NCBI RefSeq assembly: GCF_009914755.1
Contig: NC_060935.1
Direction: 5' to 3' (one strand)
From: the human T2T-CHM13v2.0 reference genome, Homo sapiens
DNA length: 64,000 bases
In this document: piece by piece, positions 38,865 through 50,696 of the stretch
Layout: each line of letters starts with the position of its first letter
Position numbering within the stretch: position 1 is the stretch's first letter
Notes under the pieces: generated by a model
What the model saw: only the letters and a program-made list of their open reading frames with translations
Told to the model about the DNA's origin: nothing
Database searches by the model: none
Position numbers and translations under genes: made by a program

Positions 38865-39319
38865 GACCACAACGATTTCCTCAACATAATTCCCACTTTA
38901 CCATGATACTGTCACAAAAGGCTTCAATAAGTACCTCCTCTTCAGAAATGAGACCATCAGCAACCATTCAATTTCATGAACTAGGAAACTAAGACCCAAA
39001 TCAAAAAAGGCAGATGACTTAAGCTTACCCAGAAATATGACCTTATTTGGGTTTCAGCTTTCTTGCTTTCTCCAAGAGGATGTCTAAGTCACAGTCACCA
39101 AATATGTCCAAAGAGGGTTTCTAAAGCATTGGCAGCCCATGCAGAAGAGTACAGGCATTGATTTCTGTTCAGCCTAAATTGAGGCCAAAATCATGCAACT
39201 TCCTACCGTGGGCTTATTGATGGAGATGAATTCTAGTCCTGAAACCTTATTTCAGGTGGCAAGCATAAGGCACTTTTGTTCTTGCAGATCTTGATAGAGC
39301 AATCTATATTAAAGGCATC

Positions 39320-39475
39320 TTCTTTTCTTTTATTTAGTAATTTATACGTACTCAGGCCAAATCCATGTCCCAGGTCTTCTACAGCTCAATGTAGCCATGG
39401 ACTAAATTTTTACCAACGGGATGTGAGAAGAAGTGATATGTGTAATTTTCAAATCATGTCTTTAAAAGGAAGCAC
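39320..39475 (+). mobile_element. Old ERVL LTR (LTR33-like), 5' half
   Basis: tgtagccatggactaaatttttaccaacgggatgtgagaagaagtgatatgtg. Confidence 0.55.
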
Positions 39476-39564
39476 TAGAATCTTAATAGTTATTCAGTCT
39501 GGATTGTACACATATGGAGATTAATTTTTTTCTACTTTGTATATGTTTGGAATTTTTCAAAACT

Positions 39565-39924
39565 TTTTTTTATGATTCTTTAAGTTTTAGGGTACATGTG
39601 CACAACGTGCAGATTTGTTACATATGTATACATGTGCCATGTTGGTGGGCTGCACCCAGTAACTGGTCATTTAGCATTAGGTATATCTCCTCCCCCCTCC
39701 CCCCACCCCACAACAGTCCCCAGTGTGTGATGTTCCCCTTCCTGTGTCCATGTGTTCTCATTGTTCAATTCCCACCTATGAGTGAGAACATGCGGTGTTT
39801 GGTTTTATGTCCTTGTGATAGTTTGCTGAGAATGATGGTTTCCAGCTTCATCCATGTCCCTACAAAGGACATGAACTCATCATTTTTTATGGCTGCATAG
39901 TATTCCATGTTATATATGTGCCAC
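39565..39924 (-). mobile_element. L1PA4-like 3' end
   Basis: Antisense L1 3' UTR; diagnostics ccaacatgg, gcacgttgtg, gaagctggaaaccatcattctcagcaaact. Confidence 0.9.
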
Positions 39925-41000
39925 AAGTCAAGAAAAACAAAGAGAAACTTGCTTTGACATATTTTAAAACATGTTATAAATCCATGTAAATGGTTGAATT
40001 TTATACAAAACAATGAACAATTCAGCCAGTCAAAACAGAAGTATCACTGAGGGAACTCCTTAAGCTAACAAAATATTTGTAGAAAATTGATAGCATCACA
40101 AATTGTCGAAAAATAAGAATTATTTAAAAATTGCTAAGAAAAAGGGCAAACTATTTGAACACATATACAATGATAACCCCCACCCGCCATTGCATGAGCA
40201 TAAGACACATAGGAAATATGAAGGAAAAAATTGTCTGATCTCAGGATCAAGATGGATCTTATATCCATCAAACAATTAACATAAGCCACAAAAATCTACA
40301 ATATAGTTTTCTTTCAATGATGTACATGATTTAAAACAAGTAAAATAAAAATGTACATAAGAAATCAATACCAAATTTTCATAGATATCACAAACGATGT
40401 TAATGCTCTAGGGAGTTTTGAAAACCAATTTACTCTGATTTTCCTATTGGAAAGTTCATGTTCAAAAAATCCACAAGAGAAGAACTGCAATTGCCAATAG
40501 CATAGGACAAAAATTTCCAAATTACCATTGATCAAAACACATTATAGTATACATGAAATGACATTCATTGTTGTGATATACACGATAGCTCAGATTAAAT
40601 GACACTTTTATCTTGCCAAACAGAGAAAATGTTTTAGAAAATAACATCCAGTACTCATCAGGGTATAATAAAATGTCCAATTTTGTAGCCCCAAAATAGC
40701 AAAGCAGTACAACCTGTCAGGATTGCAGTTTCACAGATCCCTTAATAGATGAACTCTAGGTATTAAAATGAAGAAAATAATTAATAGCTAAGTAATTAGT
40801 TATAAAGGAGAATGCTCAATTCAGTGCTATTTTGATAGCAAAATATAAAAAATAAGGGGAAAATAACACAATAGTGTTACAGAATAGTATACGTAGAAAA
40901 AGATTTAGTTAATGGAGCAATGTGTATTTAATCCCAAATTTGAAGTATCTATACAAATTAAAATTAAAGTGATTTTTGAAAATGCAAATATTTACTAAGA
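39925..41000 (+). mobile_element. Highly degenerate L1M (ORF2 3' part and 3' UTR)
   Basis: A-rich; acttgctttgacatattttaaaacatgttataaa and other L1M-like motifs in colinear order. Confidence 0.5.
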
Positions 41001-41094
41001 ATGAGAAAAATTTTAAGAATTTAAGAATAAGAAAAATTTACTAAGAATGAGAGAAATTTTAAAATGTTGAAAAATAACATAAACATGAAATACC

Positions 41095-41551
41095 AGACAC
41101 ATGCACATGTATGTTTATTGCGGCACTATTCACAATAGCAAAGACTTGGAACCAACCTAAATGTCCAACAATGATAGACTGGATTAAGAAAATGTGGCAC
41201 ATATACACCATGGAATACTGCGCAGCCATAAAAAATGATGAGTTCATGTCCTTTGTAGGGACATGGATGAAATTGGAAATCATCATTCTCAGTAAACTAT
41301 CGCAAGGACAAAAAACCAAACACCGCATGTTCTCACTCATAGATGGGAATTGAACAATGAGAACACATGGACACAGGAAGGGGAACATCACACTCTGGGG
41401 ACTGTTGTGGGATGGGGGAGGGGGGAGGGATAGCATTAGAAGATATACCTAATGCTAAATGACGAGTTAATGGGTGCAGCACACCAGCATGGCACATGTA
41501 TACATATGTAACTAACCTGCACATTGTGCACATGTACCCTAAAACTTAAAG

Positions 41552-41600
<49 letters not shown>
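41095..41600 (+). mobile_element. L1PA3-like 3' end with (TAA)15 tail
   Basis: gctaaatgacgagttaatgggtgcagcacaccagcatgg...actaacctgcacattgtg; (TAA)15 at 41554-41598. Confidence 0.92.
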
Positions 41601-41601
<1 letters not shown>

Positions 41602-41629
41602 GAAAAACCCTATGATAGGTCAAGACTAT

Positions 41630-41910
41630 TTTTAAAGAAAGTTGATTATTTTCTATTTCTTTCCCCTTTCTGCCGGCTGGAGTGGGGACGTGGTGCTGAG
41701 ACAGCTTTGACCTTATGGCCTAGGGAGGGACTATAGAAGATGGTGAAACCATCAGAAAAAAGAAACCTGATTCTTGGAACACGTTGAAGGCAAAGCTACC
41801 TCCTGGAGCATTGATTGGCCTGGAATTCTGCAGCAGAGACACAAAACTTTCTATTGTTTAAAAACATGGTTATTTAAGTCTCTATTAAAGTTAAAAGATG
41901 AATATCAGAA
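41630..41910 (+). mobile_element. Old ERVL LTR (LTR33-like), 3' half
   Basis: ttctgccggctggagtggggacgtgg...aaactttctattgtttaa. Confidence 0.5.
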
Positions 41911-42286
41911 CTAATCATCAAATTTCTCCATCCCTCCCAAGTCTAGGAGTACCAAAATAATTTCATTGTGAATGATGCCTAAATGACTTTTGCCTCCACT
42001 TGCTACTGTAGGACTGTGGCCAACAATATCTTCAAGATTTTCCAGAAGCATCACATGTGTGTACAAACAAGATGGGTCAGCTCACCTGTCAGTGACTACA
42101 TGCTATCTCTCTATCTGCTATTTGTTCCTGACCCTCCTGCTCCCAACTCCTTCCACTGGGTACTGCTCCCTCCCCATAGGCATTCTAGCTCAGTTGAGGC
42201 ACAGACCAGAGTTACAGAGTTCTGTTCAAGATAGGAGAGAAAGCTCCTATCCCTCTTTTGTGTTAAATCCTACTAGGGGTCCCCAC

Positions 42287-42367
42287 AGCAGGGCTGCTTG
42301 AGCCTAATGCATGCCAGAATGCTTCTCTGGCATGCATTAGGGCTCAAGAGTTACTTCTAGCCCTGCT
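42287..42367. other. Inverted repeat / pre-miRNA-sized hairpin
   Basis: CTTGAGCC-TAATGCATGCCAGA / 7-nt loop / TCTGGCATGCATTA-G-GGCTCAAG, plus basal AGCAGGGCT / AGCCCTGCT. Confidence 0.85.
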
Positions 42368-42751
42368 CTTCTCCTGGGTTCTAAGGCATGTATTCGATGG
42401 GACACAGAAGACAAAACCAGTCAAGAGATACCTCCATGTTTTATTTTGCATCTTTTTTCTGATAACCAAGGCTTTGCCTCTGAGTCCAACTTGTCTATTT
42501 CATTCCTTCTTCCCTTTGATGCATTCTCTCCCAGGAAGTCACTCATTTCTTTTGCAAAGAAGCCTTTGGGAGAGTCAAGCCTACCAGTTGGCCAGGAATC
42601 CCCAAAAATGAGTTACAAAAGCAATGAGAAACACTAAAAATAGAGTATTTTCATAGTAGAAGGAAGAATGAGCAGACATCAAGGAGGGTTTGTGTGTTTG
42701 AAAAGGATGTTCCCTTGAATATCAGTCCCAGGTAACATTCAAGAAAAAAGG

Positions 42752-43079
42752 GGCCAGATATGGTGGCTCACATCTGTAATCCCAGTACTTTGGGAGGCCA
42801 AGGTGGGAAGATTGCTTCAGCACAGGAGTTTGAGACCAGCCTGGGCAACATAGCGAGACCCTGTGTCTACAAAATAAAAAATAAAAGAATTAGCTGGGAA
42901 GGATAACATGTGCCTGTAGTCTCAGCTAATAGGGAGGCTCAGGTGGGAGGATTGATTGAGCCTGGGAGGTTGAGGCTGCAGTGAGCTGCGATTGTGTCAC
43001 TGCACTGCATCCTGGGTGACAGAGTGAGACCCTGTCTCAAAAACAAACAAACAAACAAACAATACAAACAAAAACAAAA
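42752..43079 (+). mobile_element. Alu (AluJ) with (CAAA)n tail, inside a DNA-transposon remnant
   Basis: TSD aagaaaaaagg at 42741-42751 and 43080-43090. Confidence 0.93.
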
Positions 43080-44286
43080 AAGAAAAAAGGTTCTATGGCC
43101 AAATTAGTTTGGAAAACACAAATAACTGTAGTTGTCACTTCTCATACCCCCTAGCCCTTCACAGTGCAAATTAACCCAATACAATCTTGGAGAAGCCCTG
43201 CAATAGCCTGTTTATTTTTTGTTTGAGCCATGATTTCTTAGGCACATTTGAGCACAGAGTCTCCTCTTAGGCCCTTGCAGTACCTATTAACATTTTGGGA
43301 AGCACCCTTGGGAAAATGGCAGTTGTGAATTGGAGCCCTCGCCCTTTCAACTCTTTGCATTGTGATTTTGGGGATGAGAAAAGAGTGTGTGTATGCATGT
43401 GTTAAGCTGTCATTTGAGGTGTCAGTGGTTGGCTTCAGTAGCAGCATTAATGTGGCAGCTCTGAGTGGCATATTCCTCCAAGCAGAGGAGGACGGGAACA
43501 GGTCCCCAGGGCTGGGAAACACACTGAAATATTTCCCCCACCGCATGCCAGGGTTTCAATACCAAGAAAGTTGCCAGGGTAAGCTTTGGCACAAACAGCC
43601 CATCAGACAGAATTGCTCCTTTTTGGAACTGAGGAATTCACACCCACACTGAGGCTGGCGTGGGCACATGCCTCTCCCAGCTGGTCCCTTTGGAGGAATC
43701 ACAGCTTCCAGAATGTTTGAGCTGCTTGAGAGATACAAGAATCTCAGAGATGCAGCGAAGCTGTTCTTGAAACAACACAAATCCATGTCAAAGGCATTTT
43801 AAGAGAGAAAATGAAGCACCTGAACCTCCAAGCTCTCATTGGAGAGGCTGTGGAAACCAGAAACTGCAGAAGGATCCCACAGGAAGAATTACCCCGATCT
43901 ACATGCCTGTATTTGGCCACTAAATGTGAACACTCTGCTAAACAATAGAGGCACGGGGTTTTCTGGTCAGAAAGAATGATGCAAAGAGCAAGGCAAAGGC
44001 TGGCAAAAGCAAATGCTTTCTCCCCTGCGCGTCATAGATCTCCCAAGACATGTGATTCTAAAGAAAGCTTAATTAAATTTAATGGACAAAACTCTCTCGG
44101 TGCTAGGAAGCATTTTAATGTGGTATTTCGGTTCTGGGTGGACAAAAATCAGTCTTCCTTGCCTCACTGCTCTCTCCTTTAAATGAAACAAACTTCCTGA
44201 TTAGTCTCATAACTCTCATGACTGCCCCGTGTCCTCCTGTCTGATGATCCTCTCTACAGGACACCTGAAGGGGGGCTTCTCACTGA

Positions 44287-44738
<452 letters not shown>

Positions 44739-44929
44739 TAAATGAAAGCAAGAAATAAATAAAGAAGGAGAGGGAAGGAAGCAGGGAAAGAAAGGAGGAA
44801 AGAAAATATATTAGAGCTGTAGTGAGAGAAAGTGTCTCAGGCACAGCCTCATGAGACAGCAGGAAGGTGAGACTGTATTTATTTATCAGACGGCACTAAC
44901 AGAACGGCAGTACTCCTATTTTGATGAAG

Positions 44930-45370
44930 TAATACTTTTTCCCATCCCCTATTACCCTACTCTCCACCTCCTCTGCCATCCCTGTGATTCAGAGAAACTG
45001 ACTCCACTCCCAGGTGGATCTGATTGGCTGAGGCTAACTCCACCCTCTTGCCAGTGATTGGTTCAGGAATGGTTGTATGATCCAGTTGGGTCAATAGAAT
45101 GCAAAGATGGTTTGCTAGGGGTTTCCAGGAGTGATCTTGCTCTGAAAGAGCCCCCAGAAGTGAATCTTCCTTCTTTTGAGGCCCAGGAAGATTGCTATCT
45201 TGCTGCTACCAGACTGAGTGTGAGACCGACACATGGAGGAGAGTGGATTCAAGAGAATCACAGGAGGTAGATGCCACTGGATGAAATCCTCCCCAAAGCC
45301 CATCTGACTCCTTGACTTCTAGTTATGGTTCAAGGTTTCTGGGTTGATATTTACAAAAAGAGATTCTTAA
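44930..45370 (+). mobile_element. Old MaLR LTR (MLT1K/L-like)
   Basis: ctgattggctgaggc...gccagtgattggttcaggaatgg...ggtcaatag. Confidence 0.55.
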
Positions 45371-45769
45371 AAAGAAAGATCTTCAAAGAGCTACACCTAG
45401 CTCTGTTTCTGACTGTGTGACCTTGAGAAAGACACTTAGCCTCTCAGAACCGCAATCTGCTCACAGCTAAAATGAAGGTTAAAAAAGATTACTATCTCAA
45501 ACATTTCTCACAGAATTTTTGGGAAGATAAAATGTAAAGTAACTGCAAGGAGTTGCAAATCTCAGTAAAGATATTATTATCTTTATTAGATCTGATTTTC
45601 ATTTTTTTCTATCTCCCTAGTCTGCCCACTGAACAATGCTAATATTTGATAACTTCAGTCTACATTTAACTTAATCATATAGTACTGACTCCAATTCAAC
45701 CTGTATAGCTATTATTTCCACCTGCCCACTTCCAAAATAGATTTGGGGTAGCTTATAATAAAAGCCCCT

Positions 45770-46133
<364 letters not shown>

Positions 46134-46249
46134 CTAGGGAATCATTGTCCCAGAAAATCCAAATGAAGAGCTTCTCTAACTGAGCTCAAAAACTTACTTC
46201 TGAGCTTCCTGTCAACCAAAGCGAAAAGGGAACTTATTTTAAAAGCTAA

Positions 46250-46830
46250 TATCATGCTAAGCATTGTGCCAGGCTCTGTGAAAGTTACAAAAATAAATAA
46301 GACATGGCTCTTGCTCTCAAAGAGTTTGAAAAATAATGAGGAAAAAATCCACCAGTGAAAGTAGTAATATAGGCATATTAGGTACACTACAAGCGTTGTT
46401 AATTACCACCTAGAGAAAATCCATGAGGGTAGTGAGAGGAGAGAGATTAATTCTAGCTTTGGAAAGATTTGATGGAAGAAATAGTATTTGAAGTGGGCCT
46501 TAGGTGGGGTGGGAATCTAATTGGGATTGTGGAGGGGCATTCTGGCATGAGCAAGCATAACAGCATATTTAAGAAAAGGTGAGTAATGCAGTTGGTCTGA
46601 CATGGTCTAGGGTGTGGCATGTGTGTGTGTGTGTGTGTGTGCGCACACATGTTCTTTTGTGCACATTAGGGAGAACAGGAGATAAGATTGGTGAAAGGGT
46701 TTGAGGTGAGTTATGACAACCCCTGAATGTCATGCTCAGGAATTTGAACTTTATTTTGTAGGAAATGGGAAGTCACTGAGAGCGTTTCAGTAGGAAAGTG
46801 ACATAATCATAGTTGTTCACCAAATAATAT
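46250..46830 (-). mobile_element. L2 fragment containing (TG)11
   Basis: tgtgccaggctctgtg...aggaatttgaactttattttgtaggaaatggga; TG run at 46620-46641. Confidence 0.75.
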
Positions 46831-47589
46831 ATTTTTGGTGGTGTTTCCCCCCCAGAGATCAAAATTGAAAGTGTGGTTCTGCTGTGAGCTAATATATTTC
46901 CATCAGAAACTTAGCCTTCTCCTGTGCCATTCTGTGTTCACTTGCAATTTTTCATTACATTGATTCTAAGTCAGTTATTCCCAGAGAAAAGACAGAAATT
47001 CATCATCTTTCCCTTTATGATTTCCTCCTCTGTCATCAAACACATCAGCAGGCATGAGTTTTACCATAATTCAATTCCCGCCTTCCACCCACCTTAATTA
47101 CATGCATTTCCACTTGATTATAATTCACTGGAGTATTCAAGAGGATCAGGAAGTTAAATTTCTCTTGGCTTGGCAATTCTTTTGGGAGAGTTCTATAGCA
47201 ATACACAGGACAGGAAACTCATGAACAAGAGATAGGTTCTGTGGCCTCGAAGCCTCAGAATTTCTCCACTTGGCGGAACCATAGAATTCTGCATTGGAGG
47301 AGGCTTTAGGAATCAGTGCTCGCGATGTAGTAATGGGAAGAAGCACTGATGATGGTTTTTTGCCCTCAACCAGCACCAAGAAATTTGCTTTCCCTTGCCC
47401 AAGATAACAACCTTGATATCAGTCATTGCCAATAAAGAACAAGTGAGTCGAAATTTGTTGATCACTCAGGATCAGAATCCAGTGACCCGGTAAAACTCAA
47501 GTTTGCTCACTTTTCCCATGAATACTTAAACCACCACTGCTTAAGGAATGCACTATGTGAACAGCCAACTGATCTAGAGTTAGAGAAAT

Positions 47590-48125
47590 GTCTCTAAAAG
47601 GCCTTCCCTGATTCCTCCCAGCTGAGTTAGATGTCCACCCCACCTCCTTTGTGCTCTCATATGATGTTTTGTGCATCTCTCTATTGTTATGTGACCCACA
47701 CACTGTTATCTAACATTTAGATACTTGTTGTACACCATACATTTGCATATATTATTTCATTGTCTCCCTAATGACCCTATGAGATAGATATTATTATTGT
47801 CATCCTGTTTTAAGGATGAAGAAAAAGAAGCAAGGCATGGTTAAGTGACTTTTCCAAAGTCATACAGCCAATAAGTGCTGGAGGTAGAGTTTGATATCAC
47901 ATGGTCTGAAGCCAAGCCTTGCTCTGAAGTTCTTTGCTACAATGTTATCATTATTTGTTTCTGTGTCTATGACTCTTTACTTTCTCCTGACTGTGCTCCC
48001 AGTGTGGAGGCAGGAGAAGAGATTCCCTCCTGCGCATTGGTTTTTACCCCTTCTCAGTTCCCCATTGCCCAGCATAGCACATAGCAAAAGACAGGCGCTC
48101 AACCAATGAAAGGTAGCTACATGGA
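47590..48125. mobile_element. L2(+) interrupted by MIR(-) (~47740-47930)
   Basis: ggccttccctga...; ccctatgagatagatattattattgtcatcctgttttaaggatgaag; ...acaggcgctcaacc. Confidence 0.65.
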
Positions 48126-49257
48126 TGAAAACGTGAGAAAGTCAAGTGGTAACTCTTTCTCCCGGGACTCACTGGTTTGTATTGATTCTATACTTTAATT
48201 CTGGTTGAAAACCTGTCACATCTTCAGAGAGGAAGCAGAGGAGTCCTTAGGCTGCATCTCTCCTAACTGGGAAATTCCCTCACAACATCTTCCCTATTGG
48301 TCAGGTGATCCAGATGTGACACATCTTCAAGACTATAATGCAAAGAAAATTTAAAAAGAAACAGTTTTCAAAAATACTTTTCACTAAGCTTTCCCCCCAA
48401 TCCATGTTATCCCCAGCCAGATTTGACACATACAGTTTTATTTGTTAAATAAAAAGGACCCATTTCTGAAGCCACGTGTCCAAGTCTTTGCACCAGTGAG
48501 GATGCCTCCTTGTTTCCAGCCACACTGTCCCACACTGCCCTCTCCATGGCCCAGCAAGGGCCCAGTCTTGGGATCTGGCTTTTGGCAGGACCCTCACTCC
48601 CATGGGTGAATCCAAAAAAATTCTGGCCAGCGTTTCCTTCCTGTTTTCCCTGGAGGTTCTTTCCAAGTGGTGCCCTAAACTGGGGACCAGGGACCGGACA
48701 TAATCCCAGTGCATATATCAGGCTGAGGCTCCAAGGAGACATCTGACCTCAGAGGGCAGATGGCTTCTTCCATGTGAGATACAGGAAATACCACAGCTAA
48801 AGAATGATCCATTTTCCAAAGAAGTCCGTGATGAATGACACTGAGCATCTCAGAAGTTCGGTCAAAACCAAGGTAGCTGGGGAGTGTCTCAACCCCCACC
48901 ACGTGTCCCCAAGATGCCAGGGGCTATCCTGGCAGAGGGCAGTGGCCTTCAGTGTACTGCTTCACTGTTTCTGTGTGATGGCAGAAAACCCAACATGGTA
49001 CTTTCAATGATGACAGCAGAATTCCTCTCAGGAAGAGGGAGGCAGATAGGTCTTGAGGTCCTTTAAGGTCCCCTGGGCACAGCAGGAGTACATGGAAAGG
49101 AGGACAAAGAGAGGATCGAGTGTTCAATCCAGCAACAAACAGGAAGCTGGGGGCTGGGAGGAGATCAAATAAAGAAAAGGAAGTTGTCATCAACACAGCA
49201 ATGGAAGCGGGCCCTCCTCTAAGAACTTTCCAGTAGTGAGAACACATGAAGTGCTTT

Positions 49258-49522
49258 ATTTTTCTTTTCTTTTCTTTGTTTTTTTTTTTGGAGACAGGTC
49301 TCACAATCATAGCTCACTACAACCTTGACCTCATGGGCTCAATGGATCCTCCCACCTGACCCTCCCTAGTAGCTCAAACCACAGGCGCACCCACCGTACC
49401 CAGTTAATTTTTATATTTTTTGTAGAGATGGGTTTTTGCCATGTTACCCACACTGGGTCTCCAGCTCTTGGGCTCAGCCTCCAAAATCCTGGAATTACAG
49501 GAGTGAGCCACCACGCTGGGCC
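49258..49522 (-). mobile_element. Alu (AluJ), internally deleted
   Basis: gagacaggtctcacaatcatagctcactac...gtgagccaccacgctgggcc. Confidence 0.85.
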
Positions 49523-50638
49523 AAGAAATGCTTTTAAGAATAATGTCTAATGTTTCCTTTTAAGTTTTTTTGCTGAGCTGTGAGGTCATTGTCTCAAACT
49601 TTCGGGAAGCACTTACTGCCTCCAGAGCCTTCGGTCATGAGGATTCTGGGGAAGAAAGACATTGGGGTTGTGCCCAGTGGAGTGGCCCAGCACAGAAAGG
49701 GGGTGGTAGACACAGAAGGCAAAGTGCAGAAAAGCTGTAGGATTCAGCAAAAACTGGCATTCAGATTGGAGATGTCTGTGGGAAACCTGAGTCACTCCAA
49801 GAATCACTGGGAGATATTGAGAAGAACACTGTGTTTCCCTCCATATGCTGGTGAGGGCTCTCAATGAAAAAATCTCAACAGCCAGTCCCAGCGGGCTGGG
49901 TGACTTGGGAATATCTGTGTAGCTACATTTGAATTAAACATGCATGACGTAATCCTTAAAAATGCTATGGTCATATTTTTTCCCTTTTAAATATAATCTT
50001 GGTAATTTTTCTGAGAATACAATAATTTTAAGTCTCTTTTAGAATTCCAAAATGCCCAAGGGAGGGTGGATAAGAAGTGCATTTGTATCTTTTTTTTCTC
50101 TATAAGAAAATTCAGTATTTTTTTTTTTAAGGAGAAATTCTTGACTTAGGAGCATCTTGGTTTGCTTCTGATTGTCTGGAACAGGGAGTCACTATTAGTT
50201 ATGACACACTGAGTGATTTACAGGTCAGCTTAAATCAAATCTGATTCATTTCACGTCTTTACTTGTGTGTGTGGTAGGGGGAACAAACAGTATAAAACAC
50301 AGAGCTGAGAAACAGAAGTCAAAGTTCCTGCCCGGGAGAAATGCCGGCATCACATAAGGGGGTCTTCTCGTGCTTAGCCCCCTCTGCCACGTGGGCTGTG
50401 CTTAGCCTGGGATGCTTGTCTCAATGCTTGAATACCTTCCTCTGCAGCCAACGCTCTCTATGTGTTTGGGTGGAGAGATGCATTAATGGAGAGAGGCAGG
50501 AAAATAAGGGGTTTGGAGAAGAAACGAAACACCTGAAAACAAGTCATCTTTTAGGGTTCAGATGCTCCTGAAATTTTAAGAGTGAAGTGAAAAATGACAT
50601 GATTTTCAGGGACTGGATTTTCTCTTCCCTCTAGGACT

Positions 50639-50641
<3 letters not shown>

Positions 50642-50687
<46 letters not shown>

Positions 50688-50696
50688 GACACACAC
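50642..50696. repeat. Interrupted (CA)n microsatellite
   Basis: Read directly from the sequence. Confidence 0.95.

Noticed and set aside
39514-41533. ORFs such as MFIAALFTIAKTWNQPKCP
   Set aside because: C-terminal L1 ORF2 and antisense 3' UTR fragments of truncated L1PA copies, not functional genes
41095-41600. Possible active or polymorphic L1HS-Ta
   Set aside because: Has GAG rather than ACA at the diagnostic site, carries L1PA3 characters, and is only ~0.5 kb long
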